Origin: an uncultured Gammaproteobacteria bacterium
GTDB lineage: Bacteria > Patescibacteriota > Patescibacteriia > UBA9934
Reading direction: 5' to 3'
Assembly: GCA_964414795.1 (NCBI GenBank)
Contig: CAYPWV010000005.1
Coordinates: forward strand, 4,336-68,335
Length of the DNA: 64,000 nt
This document shows, piece after piece, positions 10,113-19,092 of the stretch. A model generated the notes under the pieces. It had not been told where the DNA came from and ran no database searches. It was given only the letters and a program-made list of their open reading frames with translations. How positions within the stretch are numbered: the stretch's first letter is position 1; every line of letters starts with the position of its first letter. The position numbers and the translations under genes were made by a program.

Positions 10113-13100
10113 TTAAGCGTAGACCGGTTCAAACTCCTTATAGACACGCACGGTCTCAAAGTAAATGAACTCGATAAGACGCTCAGTTTGTTTTTCTTGA
10201 AGAATGCCTCGTTGAATCAACATCAAACGAACATTCTGACGAATACGAGCTTTAATGGTTTCGTTATTTGTCCAATCGATTGCGAGGTCTCTTCGAATAC
10301 GTTTTGTGAGATCTTTTACGAATTCTTTAATATCAATCCCGGTATCTTTAAGGTCGGGATTCTTTTCTAGCGAATCGTAGAATGCGATTTCTTCAGGGGA
10401 CAGTCCAAGTGCCTGACTTTCTTCATCGAGCTTTTTGATTTCTCCAGCGATCTCAAGAAGACGTTTGATGATTTCCGCCGAGCTAATCACGTTGTTCTCG
10501 TATTTTTCAATGAGATCGGAAAGCAAAGTAAGCATCGTCTCATAGCGCGCCTTGTTCATTCGCATTCGAGTAACAATTTCCTTATCCAGTAATTTGCGAA
10601 CGGTATCAACGGCAAGGTTTTTGTACTCAGATTTGCGAATTTCTTCGGCAAACTTCTCATCGAAAATAGAGATACTCTTCGATTCGTTTGCAACAGCAAA
10701 TAAATCAATGACTTCTTCGGCCTGAACGGCATCATGAAGCAGCGAACGAATTGCACTTTCCGTTTCTTCAGGGAAAACTGCCTTTGGAATAACCGTTTGC
10801 TTCGCGATTCCTTCGCGAACCGCTTGAAAGAATTGCACATCACCAGCAATCTTCATGGCTGGTTCGCTTGGCATGACCAATGCATGTAACTTCGACAATT
10901 TTCCAACGGTACCGATGTACTGCATCTTTTGATCGTCGGAAAGAATTCCGTTCTTTGAAATTACCGCGTTAATACAAGACTGCAACAACCGAGACAATTC
11001 CGTACCCTTCAGTTTTTTCCAATCCGAATATGTGATGCTATCCAGAAACGCGATACTTTGTTTATGTAGCGCATTCATTTCTGAGATAATCTCATCAAGA
11101 GGAATCATCGCCTCTTTTTGAGTTCCGGAATCATATACTGCCAACGCTTTTTTGAGGTTGTCTGCGATACCGATGTAATCAACAATAAGTCCACCCGGTT
11201 TATCCTTAAACACCCGGTTGACACGGGCGATTGCCTGCATGAGTCCGTGGTTTTTAAGCGGCTTATCAAGATACATGGTGTGGAGGCACGGGACATCAAA
11301 ACCCGTTAGCCACATATCGCAAACAATCGCGATCTTGAGCGGATCGTTTATTTTCTTGAATCTTTTTTCCAGCTTCTTTACGTCACGCTCGGTTTGAATA
11401 TCTGACACATATTCATCGCTATCAGATATAACTACCGCGCATTCAGGGGCATTAGGTATCTTTTGAATCTCTTTGTACATTGCAACTGCGATTCTTCGAC
11501 TCATTGTCACGATCATCGCCTTTCCTTCAATAGGGCGATTCGTGAAGTGACGAACAACATCTTTTGCAACTTCCTCTATACGACTCTGCGCTCCAACAAT
11601 CTCTTCAAGTACTGCCCACTCTTTACGAGCTTTTGTTTTCTCATCAACGATAATTTCCCCAAGTAAGCTATCGAATTTTGAATCGATAAACTTATCCGCC
11701 ATGTGCAGTGGCACAAGACGCCCCTCGTAATAAATAGGAACCGTTGCACCGTCCCGTACCGCCTTACCAATGCGATACTCACTTACTATTGGCCCGAACA
11801 CCCTTACCGTGTCCTTATCGTCATTCGAGATAGGAGTTCCTGTAACGCCTAAAAAGCTCGCGTTTGGCAAAGCCTGTCGTACACTCCCAGCAAGACCACT
11901 ATATTGAGTACGGTGGGCTTCATCAGCAAGTACAATCACGTTCTCGCGATCCGTTAATACCGCATTCGCGTCTGGATCTTCCTTAAACTTTTGGATCGTA
12001 GTGAAAATAAGTTCGCTCTGTAAATGTCCGAGTCGATTCCTTAGGTCTGCGATACTCAACGCTCGTTTTGCAAGCGTTCCATATCCTGTCCGTTTAAACG
12101 TCTTAAAAAGCTGATCATCCAAATCTTCGCGATCGGTAAGAAAGACGTAGGCCGGGCCTTTCAATGCATCGATGCGATTGGTTTTGTTAACGTAGAAAAC
12201 CATGGAAAGTGATTTTCCGGATCCTTGCGTGTGCCAGAAAACACCGATCTTGTGATCCTGTTCGCCTCCCACGGCGCGTATCGTGCTTTCAACGGTCTCA
12301 TTGACTCCGTAATACTGATGATACAGACACATTTTCTTCGTGTAGGTAACTGCGTCTCCATCTCCATCTGCCTCGAAGACGATAAAGTTCCGAAGCACGT
12401 CCAAGAAACGATGCTTTTCGAATAAGCCAATTGCGAGTACTTCAAGTTGACTCGCATCTTTTGGCGCATCATCATCCGTCTTTACCCCTTTCCATGCCCC
12501 ATAACGCTCCCAGGAAGAGGAAATCGTTCCATGCTTCGCCGTATGAAGATCAGAAAGTCCGATAACTTGGTTATACAAGAAGAGCTTTGGAATCTCTTTT
12601 TTGTACAATTCGATATCTCGATACGCTTCGCCGATAGAAGCAGTATCACGCACTGCGCTTTTTAGCTCGAATACCGACAACGGCAATCCATTGATAAACA
12701 CCACTACATCAGGACGACGAAGAGAATCCGCTCCCTGTACAGTGAATTGATTTACAACGAGAAATTCATTTGCATCTGCATTCTCATAATCAATAAGTTT
12801 CACTAACTCGGCATTCTCGTTTCCATCAGTTCGCCAAGAATGCTTTTTTCCATCCGTAATCCAGGAAAACATTTCCTTATTACCAAGAACCAGATCCGCA
12901 TGATTATATTCCGCAATATCATCTGCAACTTCCTCGGCCTGCTCTGAAGGCAACTGCGGATTAAGGCGTCGAATAGCCCCAACCAACCGATCCTTCAATA
13001 CAACAGTTCGAAAATCGCCACGCTCAGCTTTTTGCTGACCGGGGTTAATGTCGGGGCCGTATACATATTCATAGCCCTGACCCTTGAGCCAATCTATAAG

Positions 13101-13163
13101 GGATTGCTCGGTTAAGTTTTGTTCGTTGAGAGAGTTCATAGATTGAATTCGGGATATCCACAT
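10113..13163 (-). CDS. hsdR: Type I restriction enzyme R subunit (1016 aa)
   Basis: N-terminal HsdR_N/nuclease region, SF2 helicase motifs (TQGSGKSLSMVF Walker A, VLADEAHRTQ DEAH box, GFDVPCL), and the typical C-terminal helical domain. Confidence 0.93.
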   Translation of the reverse strand: MWISRIQSMNSLNEQNLTEQSLIDWLKGQGYEYVYGPDINPGQQKAERGDFRTVVLKDRLVGAIRRLNPQLPSEQAEEVADDIAEYNHADLVLGNKEMFSWITDGKKHSWRTDGNENAELVKLIDYENADANEFLVVNQFTVQGADSLRRPDVVVFINGLPLSVFELKSAVRDTASIGEAYRDIELYKKEIPKLFLYNQVIGLSDLHTAKHGTISSSWERYGAWKGVKTDDDAPKDASQLEVLAIGLFEKHRFLDVLRNFIVFEADGDGDAVTYTKKMCLYHQYYGVNETVESTIRAVGGEQDHKIGVFWHTQGSGKSLSMVFYVNKTNRIDALKGPAYVFLTDREDLDDQLFKTFKRTGYGTLAKRALSIADLRNRLGHLQSELIFTTIQKFKEDPDANAVLTDRENVIVLADEAHRTQYSGLAGSVRQALPNASFLGVTGTPISNDDKDTVRVFGPIVSEYRIGKAVRDGATVPIYYEGRLVPLHMADKFIDSKFDSLLGEIIVDEKTKARKEWAVLEEIVGAQSRIEEVAKDVVRHFTNRPIEGKAMIVTMSRRIAVAMYKEIQKIPNAPECAVVISDSDEYVSDIQTERDVKKLEKRFKKINDPLKIAIVCDMWLTGFDVPCLHTMYLDKPLKNHGLMQAIARVNRVFKDKPGGLIVDYIGIADNLKKALAVYDSGTQKEAMIPLDEIISEMNALHKQSIAFLDSITYSDWKKLKGTELSRLLQSCINAVISKNGILSDDQKMQYIGTVGKLSKLHALVMPSEPAMKIAGDVQFFQAVREGIAKQTVIPKAVFPEETESAIRSLLHDAVQAEEVIDLFAVANESKSISIFDEKFAEEIRKSEYKNLAVDTVRKLLDKEIVTRMRMNKARYETMLTLLSDLIEKYENNVISSAEIIKRLLEIAGEIKKLDEESQALGLSPEEIAFYDSLEKNPDLKDTGIDIKEFVKDLTKRIRRDLAIDWTNNETIKARIRQNVRLMLIQRGILQEKQTERLIEFIYFETVRVYKEFEPVYA

Positions 13164-13261
13164 CTCCTTGATTTTTAGCCCTACTTAAGGTAGTTTTAAG
13201 GTAAAGGTTCCAACCCTCCGATACGAGCCCCTGGGCTCTTCCGAAAGGATAGGGGGGTTGG

Positions 13262-13987
13262 TCATTTTTTATCTACATATTTGTAAAATTCAGTTGTTCC
13301 TGATTTAAAAATTTCAAAGTGATTTTTAATGTGTGCCTTAATAATTTCGTAAGGCCGAATCTCATTCCTCTCATTTTTAATCGAAACTGCCCAACAGCAA
13401 TAATCAGCAAGTTGACAATTCAAATCAGAATTCGACGAGTGAGAAAAAATCTCAAATGGTACGGGGGGAAATGCTTCTTTCAAAAAATGTTTTAGTGTTT
13501 GCAGAACAATCTTTTTCTTGTCGCCAGTATAGAGAGAGCCCAGAACGACAACAATTTTATCAACTTTTTCGCGCTTTCCCTCAAATAAGTATTTCAACAA
13601 ACACTCACAACATTTCTTATAAAGACCGAATCCTGTTACTCGTTCAATTAATTTTTTTCGTTTATAATAGTTTTTTTTATATAAAGTTGGGTTGGCTTTA
13701 TTTTTTTGAGCTATCACTGAATGCACTTCAAAAGTTCCATTGAGTTGTTCGAACAAACGAAACACTCGATTTCTCACATCTTGTGAATCCTCGGTTGCGT
13801 GAAAAGATTCTTGATCCAAGCCTTGTACAAGTAATCGATAACGCAAGCGCAATAACTCTTCTCGCTTTATCACGGGATCAAAAGTGACAAAACCCGTAAG
13901 AACAAAAAACTTTGTCCCCTTTGGGGAGAAATCAAAATTTCCTGACTCATCCAAAAACACGAAAATTGTCTTTTGTGTGGACTCCAT
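13262..13987 (-). CDS. DUF3800 family protein (241 aa), embedded between hsdS and hsdR
   Basis: Its N-terminus, IFVFLDESGNFDF, is the [FY]xDESG signature I associate with DUF3800. A paralog lies at 16518-17171. The region is AT-rich relative to its neighbours. Confidence 0.7.
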   Translation of the reverse strand: MESTQKTIFVFLDESGNFDFSPKGTKFFVLTGFVTFDPVIKREELLRLRYRLLVQGLDQESFHATEDSQDVRNRVFRLFEQLNGTFEVHSVIAQKNKANPTLYKKNYYKRKKLIERVTGFGLYKKCCECLLKYLFEGKREKVDKIVVVLGSLYTGDKKKIVLQTLKHFLKEAFPPVPFEIFSHSSNSDLNCQLADYCCWAVSIKNERNEIRPYEIIKAHIKNHFEIFKSGTTEFYKYVDKK

Positions 13988-13991
13988 AGAA

Positions 13992-15143
13992 CTAAATCAA
14001 CTTTACTGATAACAAATCTCTTGATTGTTCCAAAAGCTCGACTTCTTTAATTAACCGTTTTATTTCTTCAAACAACGAAGCAACTCTTTTATGAAATAGG
14101 TTAATTATTGCACCGGTGGGTTCTAATACTTTGATATTTGAGAATATATTAGTATTCACATTCAACGTCGTTGATCCACCTGAACCGATAGCTTGTAAGT
14201 CACTCTTTTTACTTACTAAACTGAAGTACAGAAATTCCAGCAGACTCTTACCATTCGGGATGACGGTATTTATCTGTTGATTCGTCTGTGAGTCTTTCGT
14301 TGTAATTGAAACCAATCCAACGGTTGCAATACAACTCACACAAATCGATCCTTCTGGCACAAGTTTATTTTTTTGAGTACTGGCACCTGCTTCTGTGAGG
14401 CTGTCTTCAGTTTTAATGATAAATACCTGCCCATGCATGTCAGGAATTTTTATAAAAAATATATCACCACCAAAATAGCTTGGTTCAGACTTTGAAGGAG
14501 TTTTTCCACAAACTACATTTCCAAAATCACTGACTTTTCCAACTCGCCACCCCTCCGGAATCTCCCCCATCTCACTCTCAACCAATCCGACCTTCTCATG
14601 ACCAGGAAAGTTAAACTTCACAAACCACTCGTCAAAAATGGCTTGTGCAATTGCTTCAAGATTTTTGATAATGGAGTTGTTGTTTTGTATTTTTTCATCG
14701 TAAGAGCTCAAAATTGCCGCAATCTTTTTTTGATACTGGACATTGGGAATTTTTACTTGCATCCCGTGTATGTGATTACGGTTTAGGGTAGGAACTCCCG
14801 TCCCAGAATTGAATTTTTCAAAATCAAATGACGACAAAAAATAATAACAAAACTTTGGATCATTACCGTGAAAATCACTGACGTACAAGGTCGTGTTATG
14901 CGGCCAATAATCCTCCTCCACGTAAAAGATGCCCCCCAACGATCCACTTCGCCCTGTAAATACACCGGGTCCTCTAACCTTGAACTCATTGTGAAATTCT
15001 CTTCGACCATTCGAGAAGACAACCGGGTATTCACCTTTTTTAATCTCCGTCAGAGGCAGATCATAACCTCGATGAAAGGTGATCACTTCGCCAAGAGTTG
15101 TTTCTTTTCTCTCCTTTTTTATTTGTTCCAAAAATTTGTCCAT
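13992..15143 (-). CDS. hsdS: Type I restriction-modification specificity subunit
   Basis: Two target-recognition domains separated by and ending in conserved coiled-coil spacer regions (LEAIAQAIFDEWFVKF...; C-terminal LFEEIKRLIKEVELLEQSRDLL). It starts 5 nt after the stop of the upstream coiled-coil gene. Confidence 0.9.
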   Translation of the reverse strand: MDKFLEQIKKERKETTLGEVITFHRGYDLPLTEIKKGEYPVVFSNGRREFHNEFKVRGPGVFTGRSGSLGGIFYVEEDYWPHNTTLYVSDFHGNDPKFCYYFLSSFDFEKFNSGTGVPTLNRNHIHGMQVKIPNVQYQKKIAAILSSYDEKIQNNNSIIKNLEAIAQAIFDEWFVKFNFPGHEKVGLVESEMGEIPEGWRVGKVSDFGNVVCGKTPSKSEPSYFGGDIFFIKIPDMHGQVFIIKTEDSLTEAGASTQKNKLVPEGSICVSCIATVGLVSITTKDSQTNQQINTVIPNGKSLLEFLYFSLVSKKSDLQAIGSGGSTTLNVNTNIFSNIKVLEPTGAIINLFHKRVASLFEEIKRLIKEVELLEQSRDLLSVKLI

Positions 15144-15145
15144 AT

Positions 15146-16318
15146 TTATTCTTCTTCTGGCACCGGCAATTCCAACGCCTCAATCTTTTGCAACTGAACA
15201 ACTCCGCTAATATCCCCATAAATACCTATCGTATTTTTAATAACTTTTTGAATCTGTTTTTCTCGCTCCGTCCAAATCTTTTCATAAGCAAGACGCTCCT
15301 TTTGTAAAGAAATATTCATACCTTGAAACGCTTCGACAATCGCCTCAATGCGCTGACGGAATTCAACTCCTGAAAGATAGGAATACATAACTTCCATCTT
15401 TTCATTCTTGCCAACCGAACTGAACTTTTCACGAGCTACCGAAAGAAGTTCTTGCCGAAGAAGTGTGGCAACAGAAACGGCCAATTTTATATCGCAAACC
15501 CATACGCCATCTCGATCAGAGATTGCGTCTGCGCCCGTTGGAAGAACGGACGAGACGATAACCGCGAGATCCGCTTTTACCGTTCGTTGATCGTCCTTAA
15601 GTTTTTGAATCCAGCCTTCAGTCCAAACTTTTGTCTTTTTAGACTCCCAAATAATCTTTCCGCACTCAATACCATTCTTATTTTTAACAATCTGAATTAC
15701 ATCAGCTCCGTTAACTCCTTTGGGGACAAGGATGATATCGTCGTAAATAAATTCACTCTTGAGCGTTTCCTCAAGAATCATTTCTTGAACTTCGCCCTGC
15801 GTCTGCTGCGACCCTTGTTCTAACTTTCTAGCCAACTCATCTTTCGCTTTTGTGGCATCGGAGAGCTGCTTGTTTAACTGATCAATCTTAGCTTGCTGAG
15901 CCTCTGTGGCTCGCTTCGATGCGTCTTCTTCGATCTTCTTTCGCTCTTCATCCATCTGACGCTGTTTCTCTAGCTCAAAGCGGTCTTTCTCTTCTTTTAA
16001 CTGCACAGCCTGACGACGAAGTTCAAGCTCTTTTTCTCCTGACTCCTTAAGCTTTTGCTCCTTGTCCTTAAGTTGCTCCTCTAAAAACTTGCGCTCTGCT
16101 TCACCTTCTTTTGCTACGTCGGCTTTTACTTTTTTCGTAAGGTCAGCAGATAGTGCATCCAACTTCTTTGTATTCTCCCTTTCGAGGGATGCCTTAAGAA
16201 CAGCTTCTTTTTCTTCAAAGTCTTTCTTTAGTTTACTCTCAATCTGGTGCGTCAAAACATCATCGATAGAAATCGACTCATGACAGTTTGGACAGATAAT
16301 TTCGTTTGTTTTTGACAT
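15146..16318 (-). CDS. Zinc-ribbon / long coiled-coil / C-terminal PD-(D/E)xK-like protein (DUF2130-like, 390 aa)
   Basis: N-terminal CPNCHESISIDD zinc ribbon. About 170 aa of E/K-rich heptad coiled coil. C-terminal domain with a candidate nuclease motif (GADVIQIV...GKIIWESKKTK reads as D...ExK). It sits between a DUF3800 gene and hsdS. Confidence 0.6.
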   Translation of the reverse strand: MSKTNEIICPNCHESISIDDVLTHQIESKLKKDFEEKEAVLKASLERENTKKLDALSADLTKKVKADVAKEGEAERKFLEEQLKDKEQKLKESGEKELELRRQAVQLKEEKDRFELEKQRQMDEERKKIEEDASKRATEAQQAKIDQLNKQLSDATKAKDELARKLEQGSQQTQGEVQEMILEETLKSEFIYDDIILVPKGVNGADVIQIVKNKNGIECGKIIWESKKTKVWTEGWIQKLKDDQRTVKADLAVIVSSVLPTGADAISDRDGVWVCDIKLAVSVATLLRQELLSVAREKFSSVGKNEKMEVMYSYLSGVEFRQRIEAIVEAFQGMNISLQKERLAYEKIWTEREKQIQKVIKNTIGIYGDISGVVQLQKIEALELPVPEEE

Positions 16319-16517
16319 ATGGGGATAGATTGACTTTTTGTTCAGATTCTGGTATATTCTTTAGTAGAGGCATGCAATAATATCTTATCTGATGCTTCGG
16401 CGTTCCCTCGGAGTTTCTGGGGTTTCTCTCGGCAACGAGAGATGTAGCTGAAGATATTCATCACATAAGACGCTGCTTCTACCAAAGAAAGTCTGTATCA
16501 CAGGCTTTTTTTGTTTG

Positions 16518-17171
16518 TCATGTGAAAAACTCCTTCCCTTGGTCAAGAAAATTATTCTTGAGAATTTTGTAGCATTCTTCACCAAGTGGGGATTTTTCCA
16601 GATAACGATTCAAGGCTCCGGAGATCCAGTCTACAATCTGCATGTTTGCATTCGATGTAGAATCAACCATTTCCACTTGTACCACGGTTCCTGGAGGACA
16701 AAGCGTAAGAATTCGTGCTCGAATTGATTGTTCAAATTCTTTTTTCGTAACGCCATTTAAAGAGCGCTGGTCGCAAAATACATGAATCTCTTTTTCGTCA
16801 TTAGGAAAATATTGTTCGATAATTTGGGTAATAATATTGGTATAAAGTTTACCGCTCTCAATTTTTCCTTTTTTCCGAAAATTACTCGGGATATTATTTC
16901 GCAGTAAATAACCAAACCGAATACGCACGTCTAATTTTGCAATATATTTCAATGTCTTTATACGAAGATCGTCGGTGATGCCAGATTGCGACCATTTGAT
17001 CTCAGCTTGCGATCGCATCTTTCTCGGAAACCGATCACGCCACGCTCGGAAAGCTTTTGCAGTTCGACGCTGATCACCAACCGTAAAAGATCCAATCACG
17101 AAATACTCCTCATGGTTATGCTTTGTAAAATTGCCACTCTCATCCAAAAAGAGAAACATATTAGAATCCAA
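16518..17171 (-). CDS. DUF3800 family protein, second paralog (217 aa), embedded immediately downstream of hsdM
   Basis: N-terminus MFLFLDESGNFTKH carries the same DESG signature. It overlaps the hsdM stop by 11 nt. Confidence 0.7.
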   Translation of the reverse strand: MDSNMFLFLDESGNFTKHNHEEYFVIGSFTVGDQRRTAKAFRAWRDRFPRKMRSQAEIKWSQSGITDDLRIKTLKYIAKLDVRIRFGYLLRNNIPSNFRKKGKIESGKLYTNIITQIIEQYFPNDEKEIHVFCDQRSLNGVTKKEFEQSIRARILTLCPPGTVVQVEMVDSTSNANMQIVDWISGALNRYLEKSPLGEECYKILKNNFLDQGKEFFT

Positions 17172-18957
17172 GCTCTTTCAAGTTGCCCTCAATAACATTC
17201 TCTAGTTCGTGTCCGCGTTTAAAGGAAATATGCAGTTCATCGGAAAGCTTTTTCATCTTTTCCTCGAACGAGATGCCGTCATCTTCCACCTCGGAGAGTC
17301 CGACATATCGTCCTGGAGTGAGGACGTAACCGTTCTTTTGAATCTCATCTAACGTTGCCGATCGGCAATAACCAAGGATGTCCTCGTATGCACCGGCTCC
17401 ATCCTCTCCGCGCCACGCACGAACCGTCCCTGCAATCTTTTGTATATGCTCTGCGTTGAATACAACTTGCTTACGTGAAATCTGCTCGAACAATTCTCGG
17501 GCATCAATAAAAAGCGTTTCTCCTTTGCGAGAGCGGAAGCGGTCACCACCTTTATTTTTTGATAAGAACCAAAGCGATACAGGAAGCCCAACGTTGTAGA
17601 AAAGTTTAGAGGGACAGGAAATAATCACGTCAACAAAATCCGTTTCGATAAGTTTTTGTCGAAGCTCACCTTCTTTTCCAGATACTGCCAACGCACCGTT
17701 TGGCATGACAAATCCAGCGTTTCCGTTGGGCGCGAGATGATGCACAAAATGCTGTATCCACATGAAGTTGGCATTTCCCGAAGGGGGAAGGCCAAGAATG
17801 ATCCGGGGATCGTTGTCCGAAAGTTTCGAGGGTTCCCATTCACCATTGAAGGGAGGATTCGTGATAACGAAATCCGCCTGCAAATGCGGGAACATGTCGT
17901 TATAGTAAGTGTTGCCGAGTTCGATCTTTCCGGAAAGGCCTCGGATCGCAAGGTTCATCTTGGCAAGGCGAAGCGTTGTCTGGTTGCTTTCCTGACCATT
18001 AAATGAAAGTTTTGGCGCATCCTTCCCATGTTCGCGAAGATATTCAGCTATGGATACGAACATGCCACCGCTTCCACAGGCAGGATCAAAAACGCGAGCA
18101 TTCTCTCGCGGCTCAAGAACTTCTACTAAAAGTTTTACGATCGAACGCGGAGTGAAAAATTCTCCGCCACGTTTGCCCTCCGCTGAGGCAAACTGCCCAA
18201 GGAAGTACTCGTAAATGCGCCCAAGGATATCTTTTTCTCGATCAAAATCATGATTGAATGAAATGCGGGAAAAGATGTTAACCAATTCACCCAATACCGA
18301 ATGATCAAGATTTGTTTTTGTATATACGCGTGGAAGTACATTTTCAAGTTGATCAGGATTATCCTTCTCGATAAGCATCATTGCATCATCTAAAACCTTT
18401 CCCAAATCCGCGCTCATTGTCTTCGTTTGGAGATACTCCCAACGCGACCGTTCTGGAACGTAGAAAACACCTTCCGCGGTATAAAAATCTTTAGTCTCAA
18501 GAATTTGCTTACGAGCCTCCTCGTTCGAAACATAGAAATCCTCGTTCTTTGGATCGCGAGTCATTTCCGCGAGTACCTCACGACGTTTGTAGAAAGAATC
18601 CGAAATGTATTTTAAAAAGAGAAGCCCGAGAACGATGTTCTTATATTCGGAGACATCGATATTTCCACGGAGCTTATCAGCGGCTGCCCACAGTTCTTTT
18701 TCGAAGCCAAGATCATGGTGCTGACTCTTTTTTCCGACCACGCTTGCCGTCGCCTTCTTCTGCTCTTCCGTGATTCGTCCTTGAAGCTCCTCGGAAAGAG
18801 AGGCCTTGGGGATAACAAAGGTCGGTTTCGACGAATCGCCGATATTTTCAGCAATAATGTCACCTTTCTTAATTTTCTGGTGAACAGCCACACGAGAAAT
18901 CCCCAGCATCTTGGCTAGCTGGGTTGGAGTAATGAATTGGGATTTATCGATGGACAT
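17161..18957 (-). CDS. hsdM: Type I restriction-modification DNA methyltransferase (N6-adenine) with an extra N-terminal HTH domain
   Basis: HsdM_N region (ELWAAADKLRGNIDVSEYKNIVLGLLFLKYISD), the SAM motif (FDPACGSGGMF) and the catalytic VITNPPFN motif. The first ~80 aa are an additional HTH (ITPTQLAKMLGISRVAVHQKIKKGDI). Confidence 0.93.
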   Translation of the reverse strand: MSIDKSQFITPTQLAKMLGISRVAVHQKIKKGDIIAENIGDSSKPTFVIPKASLSEELQGRITEEQKKATASVVGKKSQHHDLGFEKELWAAADKLRGNIDVSEYKNIVLGLLFLKYISDSFYKRREVLAEMTRDPKNEDFYVSNEEARKQILETKDFYTAEGVFYVPERSRWEYLQTKTMSADLGKVLDDAMMLIEKDNPDQLENVLPRVYTKTNLDHSVLGELVNIFSRISFNHDFDREKDILGRIYEYFLGQFASAEGKRGGEFFTPRSIVKLLVEVLEPRENARVFDPACGSGGMFVSIAEYLREHGKDAPKLSFNGQESNQTTLRLAKMNLAIRGLSGKIELGNTYYNDMFPHLQADFVITNPPFNGEWEPSKLSDNDPRIILGLPPSGNANFMWIQHFVHHLAPNGNAGFVMPNGALAVSGKEGELRQKLIETDFVDVIISCPSKLFYNVGLPVSLWFLSKNKGGDRFRSRKGETLFIDARELFEQISRKQVVFNAEHIQKIAGTVRAWRGEDGAGAYEDILGYCRSATLDEIQKNGYVLTPGRYVGLSEVEDDGISFEEKMKKLSDELHISFKRGHELENVIEGNLKELGF

Positions 18958-18971
18958 AGGTGTACTTTTGA

Positions 18972-18985
18972 TTTACACGTGTAAA
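18972..18985. promoter_or_regulatory. Perfect 14-bp palindrome TTTACACGTGTAAA overlapping the predicted hsdM -10/+1; a second half-site TTTACACA lies 27 bp away
   Basis: Seen in sequence. On the minus strand, TTGACA sits 17 nt upstream of TACTTT, and the palindrome lies immediately downstream. This is the position expected for an operator bound by the HsdM N-terminal HTH (inference). Confidence 0.4.
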
Positions 18986-19053
18986 GTACTATACGGAGTT
19001 CATTTTGTCAACTTTACACATGATAAGGTGCCTTTATTCCCAACGGAACAAAA

Positions 19054-19087
19054 AACTCACTCCATTTCTGAAGTGAGTTTTTTGGAA
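19054..19087. terminator. Bidirectional rho-independent terminator (A-run, AACTCACT...AGTGAGTT hairpin, T-run) between hsdM and efp
   Basis: Hairpin flanked by an A-run and a T-run, just downstream of the efp stop on the minus strand. Confidence 0.55.
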
Positions 19088-19092
19088 AAAAC

